Source: Podarcis vaucheri (taxonomy: Eukaryota). From it: a stretch of 64,000 nt of DNA. The notes below the pieces were generated by a model. That model worked only from the letters and a program-made list of their open reading frames with translations, searched no databases and was not told the origin of the DNA. The number at the start of each line of letters is the position of its first letter. The first letter of the stretch is position 1. Positions 55,727 through 64,000 of the stretch are shown here, piece after piece. The DNA is taken from NCBI GenBank assembly GCA_965113315.1, contig OZ220363.1. One strand, written 5' to 3'. A program made the translations under genes and the position numbers.

Positions 55727-58700
55727 AACACAAATGACATATTACAGGTAGGTGGGGACCATTATGGGCCACCACAATTCAGAGATGCATTTTGTGTCTG
55801 ATTTCTGAATGAATAGTGGCTCCACAGGGCACAAGCTACTTTCTTAGAATACTATGTGGGTTTCAAAAGCATTTTGACATTTGTCGTGAGGACCCACTAG
55901 ATCAAAATGCAAGTCTCTCATTAATACTTGTGATTTCCATCAGGATTCCGTACTTGCTAAACAAGATTTGTTAATGGATATGAGATAATGAACAAAAAAC
56001 AAGAGGCAGGGGGACTTGTTTCAATATTAAAACAAAAAGCAGCAACAAAACCGTGAGACACAGTAAACAAGAGTATCAATAGCAGTGACAGCATAGATGA
56101 CGCAAGACACTGTGTAGATGGTGTTTTGACAGTTTTCATGGCAAATTCCTGCTGTTTCTCACAAGTAGAGAAGGACAGTTTTTGACATGCAGCTGTTCCA
56201 TGCAACAATCACAAAGAGAAATGGGAAATAAAAACATCCCCCTTTATTCCTTATGAAATTTCTGCCCATAACCTGTAGAAAATTGGTGCAAATATGTCAT
56301 TTACTTTCTGAACCATTTGAGAGCAAGTGAAGAATCATCTGAAAATGTCTGTCCACAAATAACAGTAGTTAAGGAGCTATTTGCAAGAGTTTAGGAATTT
56401 GTTGGAAGGTAATTCATCAGAAGCCTTTCCCCTAAATTGGTGGCTTTTAATAGGGGTGTCCATATTGTTATATTCAATGAATGTAGACTTCGAGGACTGT
56501 GTACAGAAATAGTTGAGCTGTTCACTCGTACAATTTTTTACATGCAGCATTCCACAAGAGCATATTTTGTGTACCTGCAGCAGTTAAGCTATAAGAGCTT
56601 GTACCTGTGCTCAGTGAAATGTGTGGACAAGCTTATTCTGTTTCAAGAAACTCTGGGTTCTTAGTGAGAAGGTCAGTAATGATGAACTAGCTTCCCTGAA
56701 CAACAGCTTGTCCACTGCTACTGCTCTTCCTCTGCGATCCTAGGTTCTAGGCTCTGTGGTTTAACCCACAGCACCACCAGTGTAAATGTTTGACTAAATT
56801 CCCCACTTTCATGTATTTTGGGCACCTCAAGCCTTTTCTTGAAGCCGAGACATTCTCAGAACAAATTCACTGTCAAAGAAATTCCCAAGCAGAACTTTGC
56901 ATAAGGAAGAAAGGGGAGGCCTCACAAATCCACAAGGTTTTAATGTTCTTTTTTAAAAATGAAAAAATAGAAGCAGTGCCTCAAACACTTAGGATTGTGC
57001 CAAGAATATAGGCTCTAGCAAGAGACTTGTGAAATTGGTAGCAGCGTAGGAGACCCGCTGAAAATCCATCTTACATGGCTACTTAGGACATTAGCTTTCT
57101 TAACGTGTCTCATCATGGGCGTGTCGTATGATGCAGCCCCATGGCCCCTCATGCGTCCTTTGATGTATTCTGCCTACAAAGCGTAGCAAGATAGCAAGAT
57201 TAGAATGGCAAACCTCCAAGATGGACAAAGCAAGAAGCTGAGGTAGAAGAGCCGGTGATATTCCCGTCTTTGTGGGGGGGCAGGGAGTCTCGTGGGAAAC
57301 AGCATGGGTCAGAAATGCACCAAGTGAAGTCGGTCAAAGTTTGGCAGAGAGGAAAGAGGCATACGCTAGCACCAAAACGCAAAAATGTTAACACATTGTT
57401 TGAAGCACTTTTTTAAAAAAAACATGCCTGAGGGGAAAGTCCAGTGCTGCTACCCTCACTATAGAAATATATAACAGCACAAACATTAAAATGTCTGCCA
57501 AAGAAAATTGATAAGGGAATAACTGGAGAAAAGACAATAAAAACAAAACATTTTGCCTCCCAGTATACAGCAAATGACCAAACATTTATGGCATGTTTTT
57601 TTAACACAAAAATTGTTTCAGGTCATTGGTATGGGAGCCCGGTGCCTTCCATATGTTGTTGGACTTCAGTTCCTATCACCCGCAGCCAGCATGGGCAATG
57701 GTCAGGGGAGATGGGAAGAGTTGGCCAGAAAATATTAACCACCCCGATCTCAAATAAATTATCTCTAAAGCTGCTTTATCTGTAAAGTCAACATTACATC
57801 AACATGATTGCAAAAGAAAATGTGTGCCATATGGTTACAAGTTGAAGCAGCCACCTGTTCATACCTGGCTTGTAAGTCTGGACACCTCCTTGGCAAGTTC
57901 AATATCTGGACGTCCAAGCATGCTGACTCCCAAACCAGCTTCTCCACGAGCTTTGGCTTTATATTCAATCTAAGACAAATATATGAAATGTCAAGGGGTT
58001 ACAAAAACAAAAACAACCCCCCCTCTGGCTTCTACATACTGAAATGAAACTATTTATATGCATGCTGTCATATTGCCACAAGTTACTGAACAGTTACACT
58101 GATAAAGTACTTACATCACTGACTAAATGGGAGACTTGGGTGGCTTTCTTAATATCAGGGCGATCCGCCACACTAGTGTAATGGAGCTTGGATTTGGCAT
58201 CCTTTTTGTATTGGATCTAGGTGAAAACAAGGATAAAGAGAAGCAGTTACTGTTGTGTTTTCTTTTTAAGGAAAGAACAAGATCCTCTTGATGATAATGT
58301 TTTCACCAGAGCTATTGTTGATGCCCACCACCCATGCGAAAACTGCATACGCTTCACTGTAATGAAACAAAGTCTGCATGGAAAAGCTACAGCCACCCAT
58401 GTCAACGTGTGTTTCTCCTATGGCCCACGGCTTCGAAAGGATTATTCCTTATATTGCCCATCCAGGGTTTTAATGACATAACTGGAGGAATAACTTACAG
58501 TGCTCTGATTCTTTGCAACTTCCATGGCGTGTTTCACATCAGGAGGCTCCAGCATGATTGAATAGTCTGACTTGCCTTTCTCCTTGTGGAATTTCTTTTT
58601 ATAATTTGTCTGTTTCGGAACAGAAAAGAGTTGTGTCACACATTCTTCACCTGAGGCTTACTTTGCCGACATTTATAATAAGAAACATAGGTGATGACTT

Positions 58701-61700
58701 CTACACTTAAGGAAGACAGGTGCACGCTCACACATGCACTTGTAGGTTAACTAGCTTTGTTTCCTGATCTGCTGCAAGTTTTCCTCTACGGTCAGAAGCT
58801 CTCCACATTAAAAAGAGAGAGGGAGAGATTCAAAGGGCAGCTACATAAATGAGAATAAAGTTGACTGTAAGGATTGGTCCCTATGTGGAAAGCCCATCAG
58901 TCAAAAACATTTTGCTTACAGCTGTCAACAAACAGATATTGTACTGAATGGGTGTTCCCCTGCTGATTTATGCCTATTCAATCCAGCAAAGATTTTCGTC
59001 AGTCAAACAAAGATCAAGGTGATCTTCAGTGATTGCTCCTTCCTACACCAACCCTATGCTCCTGAGTGCTGGGGAACCCTTTGGAAGAATATAAAAGATG
59101 GGACATGTACCCAAAATCATAGGGGGCAAGCACCAAGCAATTACTTAACTTATGTCTCAATTGCTGCATCCATATTCTATTTACAGTTATTTTTAAATGA
59201 CTAGAAAGAATTGACTGCAATGAACCCAATTCTGCATATGTGTATACACACACACACTTTTGTAGTTCTTCAGCCGCTACCACTGCCACTCATTTCTATC
59301 ACACTCTTTAATTTGTAAAGCGTTTCAAAACCTTTGCTCTATGTTCATAATCAAGTCCCTTACCAACAATTCATTCAAACAGGCATGGATCGTGCAAACT
59401 CATATCAGAAGAAACAATTTCCAGATTTGACAGGCTACAGAAATATACTTGAAGGCATTCTCTCTCTTTTTCAACGTGCTAAGCTTCCATCTACATACGT
59501 TTTCAGAAACTCTGTTCAACCACGTTATTAAACTTATGCTGATATTTAACTATGTGGGCTGACAGGCTGGTGTAAGTAACATCAGCCCCGGTGAAGAGGG
59601 AGCAGCACCCTTTTAGTAAGCCATAATTAGTGTGAAGTATAATTTATAGCGGAGCAACAACAGTTTCCATCACCGAGTAAACAAAACAAATGCAAGCGTC
59701 AACTCAACCGGTGATGTGGCTATAGTAATGCAAAAGCAGTTTACCTCACTGACATTCTTGGTTACGTTTTTTACATGAACAGTGTCTCGTGTTTCTGGCA
59801 ATTTTGTAAAGGAGCCATGTGGCAGGTGCTTCTTAACATGTTCTTTGTATTTGTTCTGATGATGAAGAGAAACAACGGTTATTGAAGTAATATATATTAA
59901 ATAAGGAATAAGTGCTGAAAACTGGAGAATTACATACATACACATATAAATAATAAATTACCTCAGACACAAGAGCGCTAACAGTCTTTGCAAGAAGGAT
60001 CTGAGGAGTATCTGGAACTGGGTGGATAGTTCCCCTTTCCTTGTTATGCTTCTCTTTATATTTTAACTGGGATATGAAATGGAAAGGTATTAGTTTCAAG
60101 CAGTGTATAATAAACAGGGCTACACAAATGGGCTCGTCACTGGTGAGCATGTGTTTTATTCTGGTGTGAGTCTCCATCCTTCTCTGGACTACAGAAAGGC
60201 AAGAGCTAGCTCAAATTTTGCATTAACTATTGGAGAGCTTTGAAGGACTCTGTTCTAAAGTCAAAACATAATAGTCTGGGGAAATTTCTGCCCTTCTTCC
60301 AGTATGAGAAAAGAGTGGGGGATGTCCTGACATTGTACTGAGATCTGGTGATGTTCAGTGTGGCAGAGACAACTCTATGCCCTTCAACCAGTTTGGAGTG
60401 GGGGCACTGGATGGCTTTAGCAATGCAATTGTGCTGGGCCCTGGAGATGTCTGAAGTACATCCAGAGCCCAGAAAGGCACTAGTAAGAAGACAGTGACTT
60501 GGGCTGGTTACAAAGGCTACAGGAAATTTGAGGACCCCTGTAAATCATGGTAGGTATTTCTTTCCTAACCACTATTACCAGAACTGAACCTGACATTAAA
60601 AGGTGTTTTTGTTATCCAATGCTGAAAATGTTTCTCAGTGTGATTGGTTTGCCACACCTATTTAGAAAAGTACAATCATTTGCTAAGGTTTACATGCTGA
60701 TCTGAGTGTCCAAGACTTAAAAAGGGGTGGGGTGGGGAAGCTTCCATTAAAAGGATTTTAGAATACTCACATCACTCGCCAAGATTGCATTCTGCAAAGC
60801 CAACACTGTGTTTTTGTCATCTGTTACGGATAGCTTGCATCCTCTATAGTACTCTCGGTCATATTTGTAATCATACTACAAAGAAACAGGAGAATAAAAA
60901 GTGTCAGAAGTGCAGCCTGTGGCCCCAGAGGTATGCCTTGCTATGTCAGGAAATAAAATGGGTGCATATGGTTTTAGTTTCCTTACATCACTCTGTTGCA
61001 AAGATGATTTGGCAGCTTGGATGAAGTCCGGTCTGTCCACAGTCCAGTGCCAGTGAGCCTTGGCAGCTTCATATTTCTTCTTGTAATCCAGCTGTTCAAA
61101 GAGAAATAGATTAAACAATGTAAACATAGACTCAGACCATTCTTGTAAAAGGGTCACCATAAAACAAGAGTGAAAAGGATTTTTTTTTATTCCTAAAAAT
61201 AAATACGTAACTAAATGTTTGGTGGTGCAGACGCAAACTCCCCATAAAGTTTCACTTTCCCTTAGCCATTTATGTTGGCCATCCAAGGCTGAGCAGTTGA
61301 TAAATCTCCTATTTTTACCAGTAGGCAGGGAATGCAAACACACACCCCCACCAATATATAATAATGAGTGGGCTATGTTTGCCATGGCTTGCAAGGCTGC
61401 AGACAAACAGGTCTATCACTTTCTACTTTTCCATCCATATCTGCCTTTTTCTCGCTCTTCTACAGAATTTTAGCTCTGCTTGTGCTGCTGTGGAACAAGC
61501 ATGGGGAAAGGCCTAGCCTTAAAAGGAAAAAGACAAAAGATTAGCCAGGTAGTGGGTTTTATGTTTGGAATGACCACATTTTTTTAGCTGTCAGGAATAC
61601 AGCATGTTAAAAAGGATGGTTTGTTCATACATGGCTCTTTCAGGAAGCTGGAACCTGGGAATTTGCACCACCTACAATTTGTACTCTGCCCAAAGGGATG

Positions 61701-62945
61701 GGGGTGGACATTTCTCTATCCCACACATATCTAAAGTTGGCATGAGATGCACTGCCTCATCCGATCTGGCTAGGAGTTTCCGTAAGCGTATGGAAATTAG
61801 GCACCGAAAGAGGCCTCAGCTGAGTGGGACCTGGGAGCCCTACACCCTCAGTTTCCTTTGTAAGGCTTAGTCACCGGCAACAATAGCACTGGACTCACAT
61901 TGCTGTTTACTTTGTAGGCCTGCTTGGCAGCTTTGATATGAACGGAATCCGGTACAACGTTGCAGTGAGACTTATTCTGTTGATAGACTTCTTTGTATTT
62001 CAGCTATCGAAAGAACAAGAAGGTTAACGTTGCACATCTCTTTATACGGCTAAACAGAAATCACCCCAGGGAAAATTGTGCTAATCTGCCCTGGTAGGTC
62101 CAAGGAGGCACTGAATTTAGCAAACATCTGAACAGTGGAGCCCCATTTGCCCTAAGAGAACAACCTCCACTGCATCAAAGTATCCTCCTCAACCAGCAGC
62201 CTCCAGCACCACCTCCCACACTGTTCCAGAAGTTTCCCCCCAGCCCACCAGAATTGCATGAGGGTTGTGTTAGGAGCTGCAGGAGAGAAACAGGGATTTG
62301 GCAAATGTCACTTCCAACCTTCTGCCAAATGGGAGAGCCTGCTCCTGCTGGTGGAAGCAAAGTCTAGTACCAACCCATAATACGTAAGCCTATGGGCCTT
62401 TCTCTTAATCCCCATAAAAAGGTAAGCAATCTGAGTGGTACATAATGTGTAAATATGAGAAAATTCATTAATTCATTAATAAATTCATTCATTCTCCTAC
62501 CATGAATCTATTGTTTCAACAAGTATTGGCTTATAGCAAATAACCATACTTATAAACACTGCTATGAAATGTGAGCTATGTTGAAAATAAATAATTATAT
62601 TTTAAATAGTCTAAGGCTTAGCTTTTATAGTGATGCAAACAAAATCTAATATATATCATCTTACAGACTAATGAGCAAAAAATGAATTTGGAACTTTGCT
62701 AGACACAGTTTATATAGAATGATTGGTCTCACCTGAAGTGTAGATTTGCGAGTAGGGATGCTGGAGTCAATGAGCTGAGTCATGTCCTATTCCATTGGCT
62801 CCAGCATCCTGCGAGGTAGAGGATATTGTTTACTTACATCGCTTACTCTGTCCTTGACCTTCCGTACGTGGAGTAACATGGGAGTATCATGGATTGTGGT
62901 ATATCCCTTTGGCTTGGCCTTGTTATATTCCAGTTTGTAGAGGAT
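26832..62945 (-). CDS. NEB: Nebulin, spliced CDS span of the 3' part (38 coding exons in window), 5'-incomplete
   Basis: Phase-0 exons of 93-114 nt encoding nebulin modules (S-x-x-x-Y-K spanning exon junctions), then [19 protein letters not shown], the serine-rich region and a C-terminal SH3; tail-to-tail with RIF1 as in mammals. Confidence 0.97.
27412..27521 (-). CDS. NEB: NEB Ser-rich exon ([36 protein letters not shown])
   Basis: ttccag / gtaagg. Confidence 0.93.
28369..28518 (-). CDS. NEB: NEB Ser-rich exon ([17 protein letters not shown]...TTTA)
   Basis: cctag / gtacaa. Confidence 0.92.
28688..28780 (-). CDS. NEB: NEB exon ([30 protein letters not shown])
   Basis: ctgcag / gtatgt. Confidence 0.94.
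29522..29705 (-). CDS. NEB: NEB exon ([12 protein letters not shown]...[13 protein letters not shown]...EMNT)
   Basis: ttccag / gtactc. Confidence 0.94.
29879..30255. mobile_element. hAT-type non-autonomous DNA transposon
   Basis: tagggctaggcgatat...atatcacccagcccca inverted ends; perfect 8-bp TSD ctctgcat (29871-29878, 30256-30263). Confidence 0.85.
30385..30492 (-). CDS. NEB: NEB exon ([36 protein letters not shown])
   Basis: gttag / gtaagt. Confidence 0.94.
33079..33171 (-). CDS. NEB: NEB 93-nt Z-repeat exon ([31 protein letters not shown])
   Basis: tgtag / gtattt. Confidence 0.92.
33496..33588 (-). CDS. NEB: NEB 93-nt Z-repeat exon ([31 protein letters not shown])
   Basis: tttag / gtattg. 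Confidence 0.86.
34671..34763 (-). CDS. NEB: NEB 93-nt Z-repeat exon ([31 protein letters not shown])
   Basis: tgtag / gtacat. Confidence 0.9.
35168..35260 (-). CDS. NEB: NEB 93-nt Z-repeat exon ([31 protein letters not shown])
   Basis: cgtag / gtattc. Confidence 0.9.
35677..35769 (-). CDS. NEB: NEB 93-nt Z-repeat exon ([31 protein letters not shown])
   Basis: cacag / gtattc. Confidence 0.92.
36279..36371 (-). CDS. NEB: NEB 93-nt Z-repeat exon ([31 protein letters not shown])
   Basis: tgcag / gtactt. Confidence 0.9.
37675..37760 (-). pseudogene. Degenerate (frameshifted) nebulin Z-repeat pseudo-exon
   Basis: Minus strand GTGCTA GAA GAA TTG AGA ACA GGA AAA CCA ACT CAC CTC ACT TCG GAA...AGA GTT GCA TGC ATT AAA GAA AAC TAC AGC TTG|gtag aligns to the 93-nt exons but lacks the YK codons and has a 1-nt deletion. 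Confidence 0.75.
38322..38414 (-). CDS. NEB: NEB 93-nt Z-repeat exon ([31 protein letters not shown])
   Basis: cacag / gtattt. Confidence 0.92.
38785..38877 (-). CDS. NEB: NEB 93-nt Z-repeat exon ([31 protein letters not shown])
   Basis: cacag / gtattt. Confidence 0.88.
39549..39641 (-). CDS. NEB: NEB 93-nt Z-repeat exon ([31 protein letters not shown])
   Basis: cacag / gtatat. Confidence 0.9.
40059..40151 (-). CDS. NEB: NEB 93-nt Z-repeat exon ([31 protein letters not shown])
   Basis: tgcag / gtattt. Confidence 0.92.
41365..41604 (-). mobile_element. Sauria SINE, 5'-truncated
   Basis: High similarity to 4333-4639; 15-bp TSD aggtaggtgggtata at 41350-41364 and 41605-41619. Confidence 0.88.
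41644..41691. repeat. (ACT)n microsatellite
   Basis: tactactact run. Confidence 0.9.
41945..42037 (-). CDS. NEB: NEB exon ([31 protein letters not shown])
   Basis: tgtag / gtagtg, 93 nt. Confidence 0.92.
42934..42975. repeat. (GT)n microsatellite
   Basis: gtgtgt run. Confidence 0.95.
43605..43697 (-). CDS. NEB: NEB exon ([31 protein letters not shown])
   Basis: ttaag / gtacaa, 93 nt. Confidence 0.92.
44757..44861 (-). CDS. NEB: NEB exon ([35 protein letters not shown])
   Basis: aacag / gtaacc, 105 nt. Confidence 0.93.
46362..46466 (-). CDS. NEB: NEB exon ([35 protein letters not shown])
   Basis: aacag / gtaggt. Confidence 0.93.
46711..46815 (-). CDS. NEB: NEB exon ([35 protein letters not shown])
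   Basis: aacag / gtaatg. Confidence 0.93.
46964..47077 (-). CDS. NEB: NEB exon ([38 protein letters not shown])
   Basis: aacag / gtcagt, 114 nt. Confidence 0.93.
47919..48029 (-). CDS. NEB: NEB exon ([37 protein letters not shown])
   Basis: tctag / gtgagg. Confidence 0.93.
48484..48594 (-). CDS. NEB: NEB exon ([37 protein letters not shown])
   Basis: gttag / gtagca. Confidence 0.93.
48760..48966 (+). mobile_element. tRNA-derived SINE (CORE/MIR-like)
   Basis: A-box-like tggtgtagtggttagagtgttggac, B-box-like attcaaatcc, A-rich tail aaataaaataaaaata. Confidence 0.7.
50613..50748. mobile_element. Degenerate palindromic MITE related to 10649-10785 (other copies near 37455-37545, 45530-45640, 57630-57730)
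   Basis: gactacaacctccatcatccctga...gggagctgta core; gcagcc...ggctgc ends. Confidence 0.55.
50903..51007 (-). CDS. NEB: NEB exon ([35 protein letters not shown])
   Basis: ggcag / gtaagg. Confidence 0.94.
51980..52084 (-). CDS. NEB: NEB exon ([35 protein letters not shown])
   Basis: tttag / gtaagt. Confidence 0.94.
52909..53013 (-). CDS. NEB: NEB exon ([35 protein letters not shown])
   Basis: atcag / gtaagc. Confidence 0.94.
53310..53610 (+). mobile_element. LINE 3' end with embedded (GT)n and terminal (TAA)n tail
   Basis: gtgccaggcaaaa...ttgtaaactgccctatgatcctcagatgaaag...tatagaaatttaa followed by (aat)n at about 53560-53609; (gt)n at 53422-53465. Confidence 0.6.
53845..53955 (-). CDS. 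NEB: NEB exon ([37 protein letters not shown])
   Basis: attag / gtatgt. Confidence 0.93.
55694..55721. repeat. (AC)n microsatellite
   Basis: acacac run. Confidence 0.9.
57075..57173 (-). CDS. NEB: NEB 99-nt divergent repeat exon ([33 protein letters not shown]), apparently extra relative to human
   Basis: ctttgtag acceptor, CAT|gtaaga donor, phase 0, open, DTP...HVKKA...LSS nebulin signature. Confidence 0.8.
57865..57969 (-). CDS. NEB: NEB exon ([35 protein letters not shown])
   Basis: cttag / gtatga. Confidence 0.93.
58115..58216 (-). CDS. NEB: NEB exon ([34 protein letters not shown])
   Basis: cctag / gtaagt, 102 nt. Confidence 0.93.
58499..58609 (-). CDS. NEB: NEB exon ([37 protein letters not shown])
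   Basis: aacag / gtaagt. Confidence 0.93.
59745..59855 (-). CDS. NEB: NEB exon ([37 protein letters not shown])
   Basis: atcag / gtaaac. Confidence 0.93.
59962..60066 (-). CDS. NEB: NEB exon ([35 protein letters not shown])
   Basis: cccag / gtaatt. Confidence 0.93.
60771..60875 (-). CDS. NEB: NEB exon ([35 protein letters not shown])
   Basis: tgtag / gtgagt. Confidence 0.93.
60987..61091 (-). CDS. NEB: NEB exon ([35 protein letters not shown])
   Basis: aacag / gtaagg. Confidence 0.94.
61899..62003 (-). CDS. NEB: NEB exon ([35 protein letters not shown])
   Basis: gatag / gtgagt. Confidence 0.93.
62838..62945 (-). CDS. NEB: NEB exon ([36 protein letters not shown])
   Basis: gccag / gtaagt, 108 nt. 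Confidence 0.94.
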
Positions 62946-63043
62946 CTGGCAGCAAGAAAGGGCCAAGTTAAGTACAAGCAGTCATTAGAAATAGCATTTT
63001 AATTTCTTTTTTAAAAAATACCCAAAGTGAACAGATATGTATA

Positions 63044-63269
63044 CAGTGGTACCTCGGGTTACATACGTTTCAGGTTACAGACTCTGCTAACCCAGAAATA
63101 ATACCTCAGGTTAAGAACTTTGCTTCAGGATGAGAACAGAAATCGTGCTCCTGTGGCGCGGCGGTAGCTGGAGGCCCCACAGGCTAAAGTGGTGCTTCAG
63201 GTTAAGAACAGTTTCAGGTTAAGAACGGACCTCCGGAATGAATTAAGTACTTAACCCGAGGTACCACTG
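63044..63269. mobile_element. TA-flanked Tc1/mariner-type MITE with perfect 18-bp TIRs
   Basis: ta|cagtggtacctcgggtta ... taacccgaggtaccactg|ta; internal caggttaagaac repeats. Confidence 0.92.
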
Positions 63270-64000
63270 TACAACAATATGCATTGTTGTAGTTTACCTT
63301 AGACTGCCTGAAGGAACTGGAGAAGGCCTGCTCCATCCTCTTTCCCATTCACTCCCATGGGTTTTCCACTGATGTGCTGAACAGGACTGGATTGGAGGAT
63401 ATATCTCCCCAGTCAGAACCTTACCCACCCAGTGCACTGTCCCAGCCTCCAAGCTGGTCCTGCTTGTGGATTTCACAACTGATTGGTGAGGATGCTGGAC
63501 TGTGATGGGCCTTTTGACCAGATCCGGCGGGCTTCTTCTTACGTTCTTCTATCCTTAACCCACCCTCCATGTGCATGAGGAAGCACACAGTTCCTCCCCA
63601 TCTCCTAGTGAGCTGTCTCCTACCTGTAAACGTGGGGACGGGATGTCCAAATGTTGCCCAGGTACACACAGTCTTGCCCAGGTGAAAAACTGCATGCTTG
63701 ATTACTGCACTAAAGTAGGAAATCAGCTAGGCAGTTTTCACCTTCATGATCTGAGCACTCTCTACACAGGCAGCATTGGGATGTTCTGCTTTGGCAGGTG
63801 GAAGTGGTAGAGGGAGGGATGATGTGCTAAGCGTTTAGGATCATAATCATGGCTATCAGGCTTGGACTGCAACCCTTCCAACCATTGGCACTTATCTTAT
63901 CTGGACCTGCTTTTTACTCAAAAGTCTGCATGAGCGCATCCTTCTGGTAAGCTTTCCACTTTCCTAACGTATGCTTTGAAGTGCAGGAAGAGCAATGGAG

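Noticed and set aside
56455-56580. Possible further nebulin exon (ctgcag followed by an open frame [14 protein letters not shown]...)
   Set aside because: No YK or DTP signature and no suitably placed donor

Overview
Vertebrate (squamate reptile, probably a lacertid lizard judging by the Sauria-type SINEs) nuclear DNA carrying two convergent multi-exon genes. Plus strand, 822-23560: 27 coding exons forming the middle and 3' part of RIF1 (HEAT-repeat region, 2907-nt disordered exon, SILK/RVSF PP1 motifs, C-terminal domain, TAA stop). Minus strand, 62945-26832: 38 coding exons forming the 3' end of nebulin (NEB): simple repeats, an array of 93-nt Z-disk repeat exons, the serine-rich region and the SH3 domain. 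All exon boundaries were read by hand from GT/AG signals and checked for phase continuity. The introns hold Sauria SINEs, other tRNA-derived SINEs, LINE 3' ends, an internally deleted mariner, TA-flanked and hAT-type MITEs, and microsatellites. There is no prokaryotic or CRISPR-like system. The most novel-looking signals point to exon birth and death in nebulin: a 99-nt repeat exon with no counterpart in human nebulin as I recall it, a frameshifted dead Z-repeat exon, and exon-plus-intron tandem duplications. Also notable are loss of the SPKF motif in the 78-nt RIF1 cassette exon and an in-frame KKEGSP triplication in RIF1. Comparisons with human proteins are from memory and need alignment.
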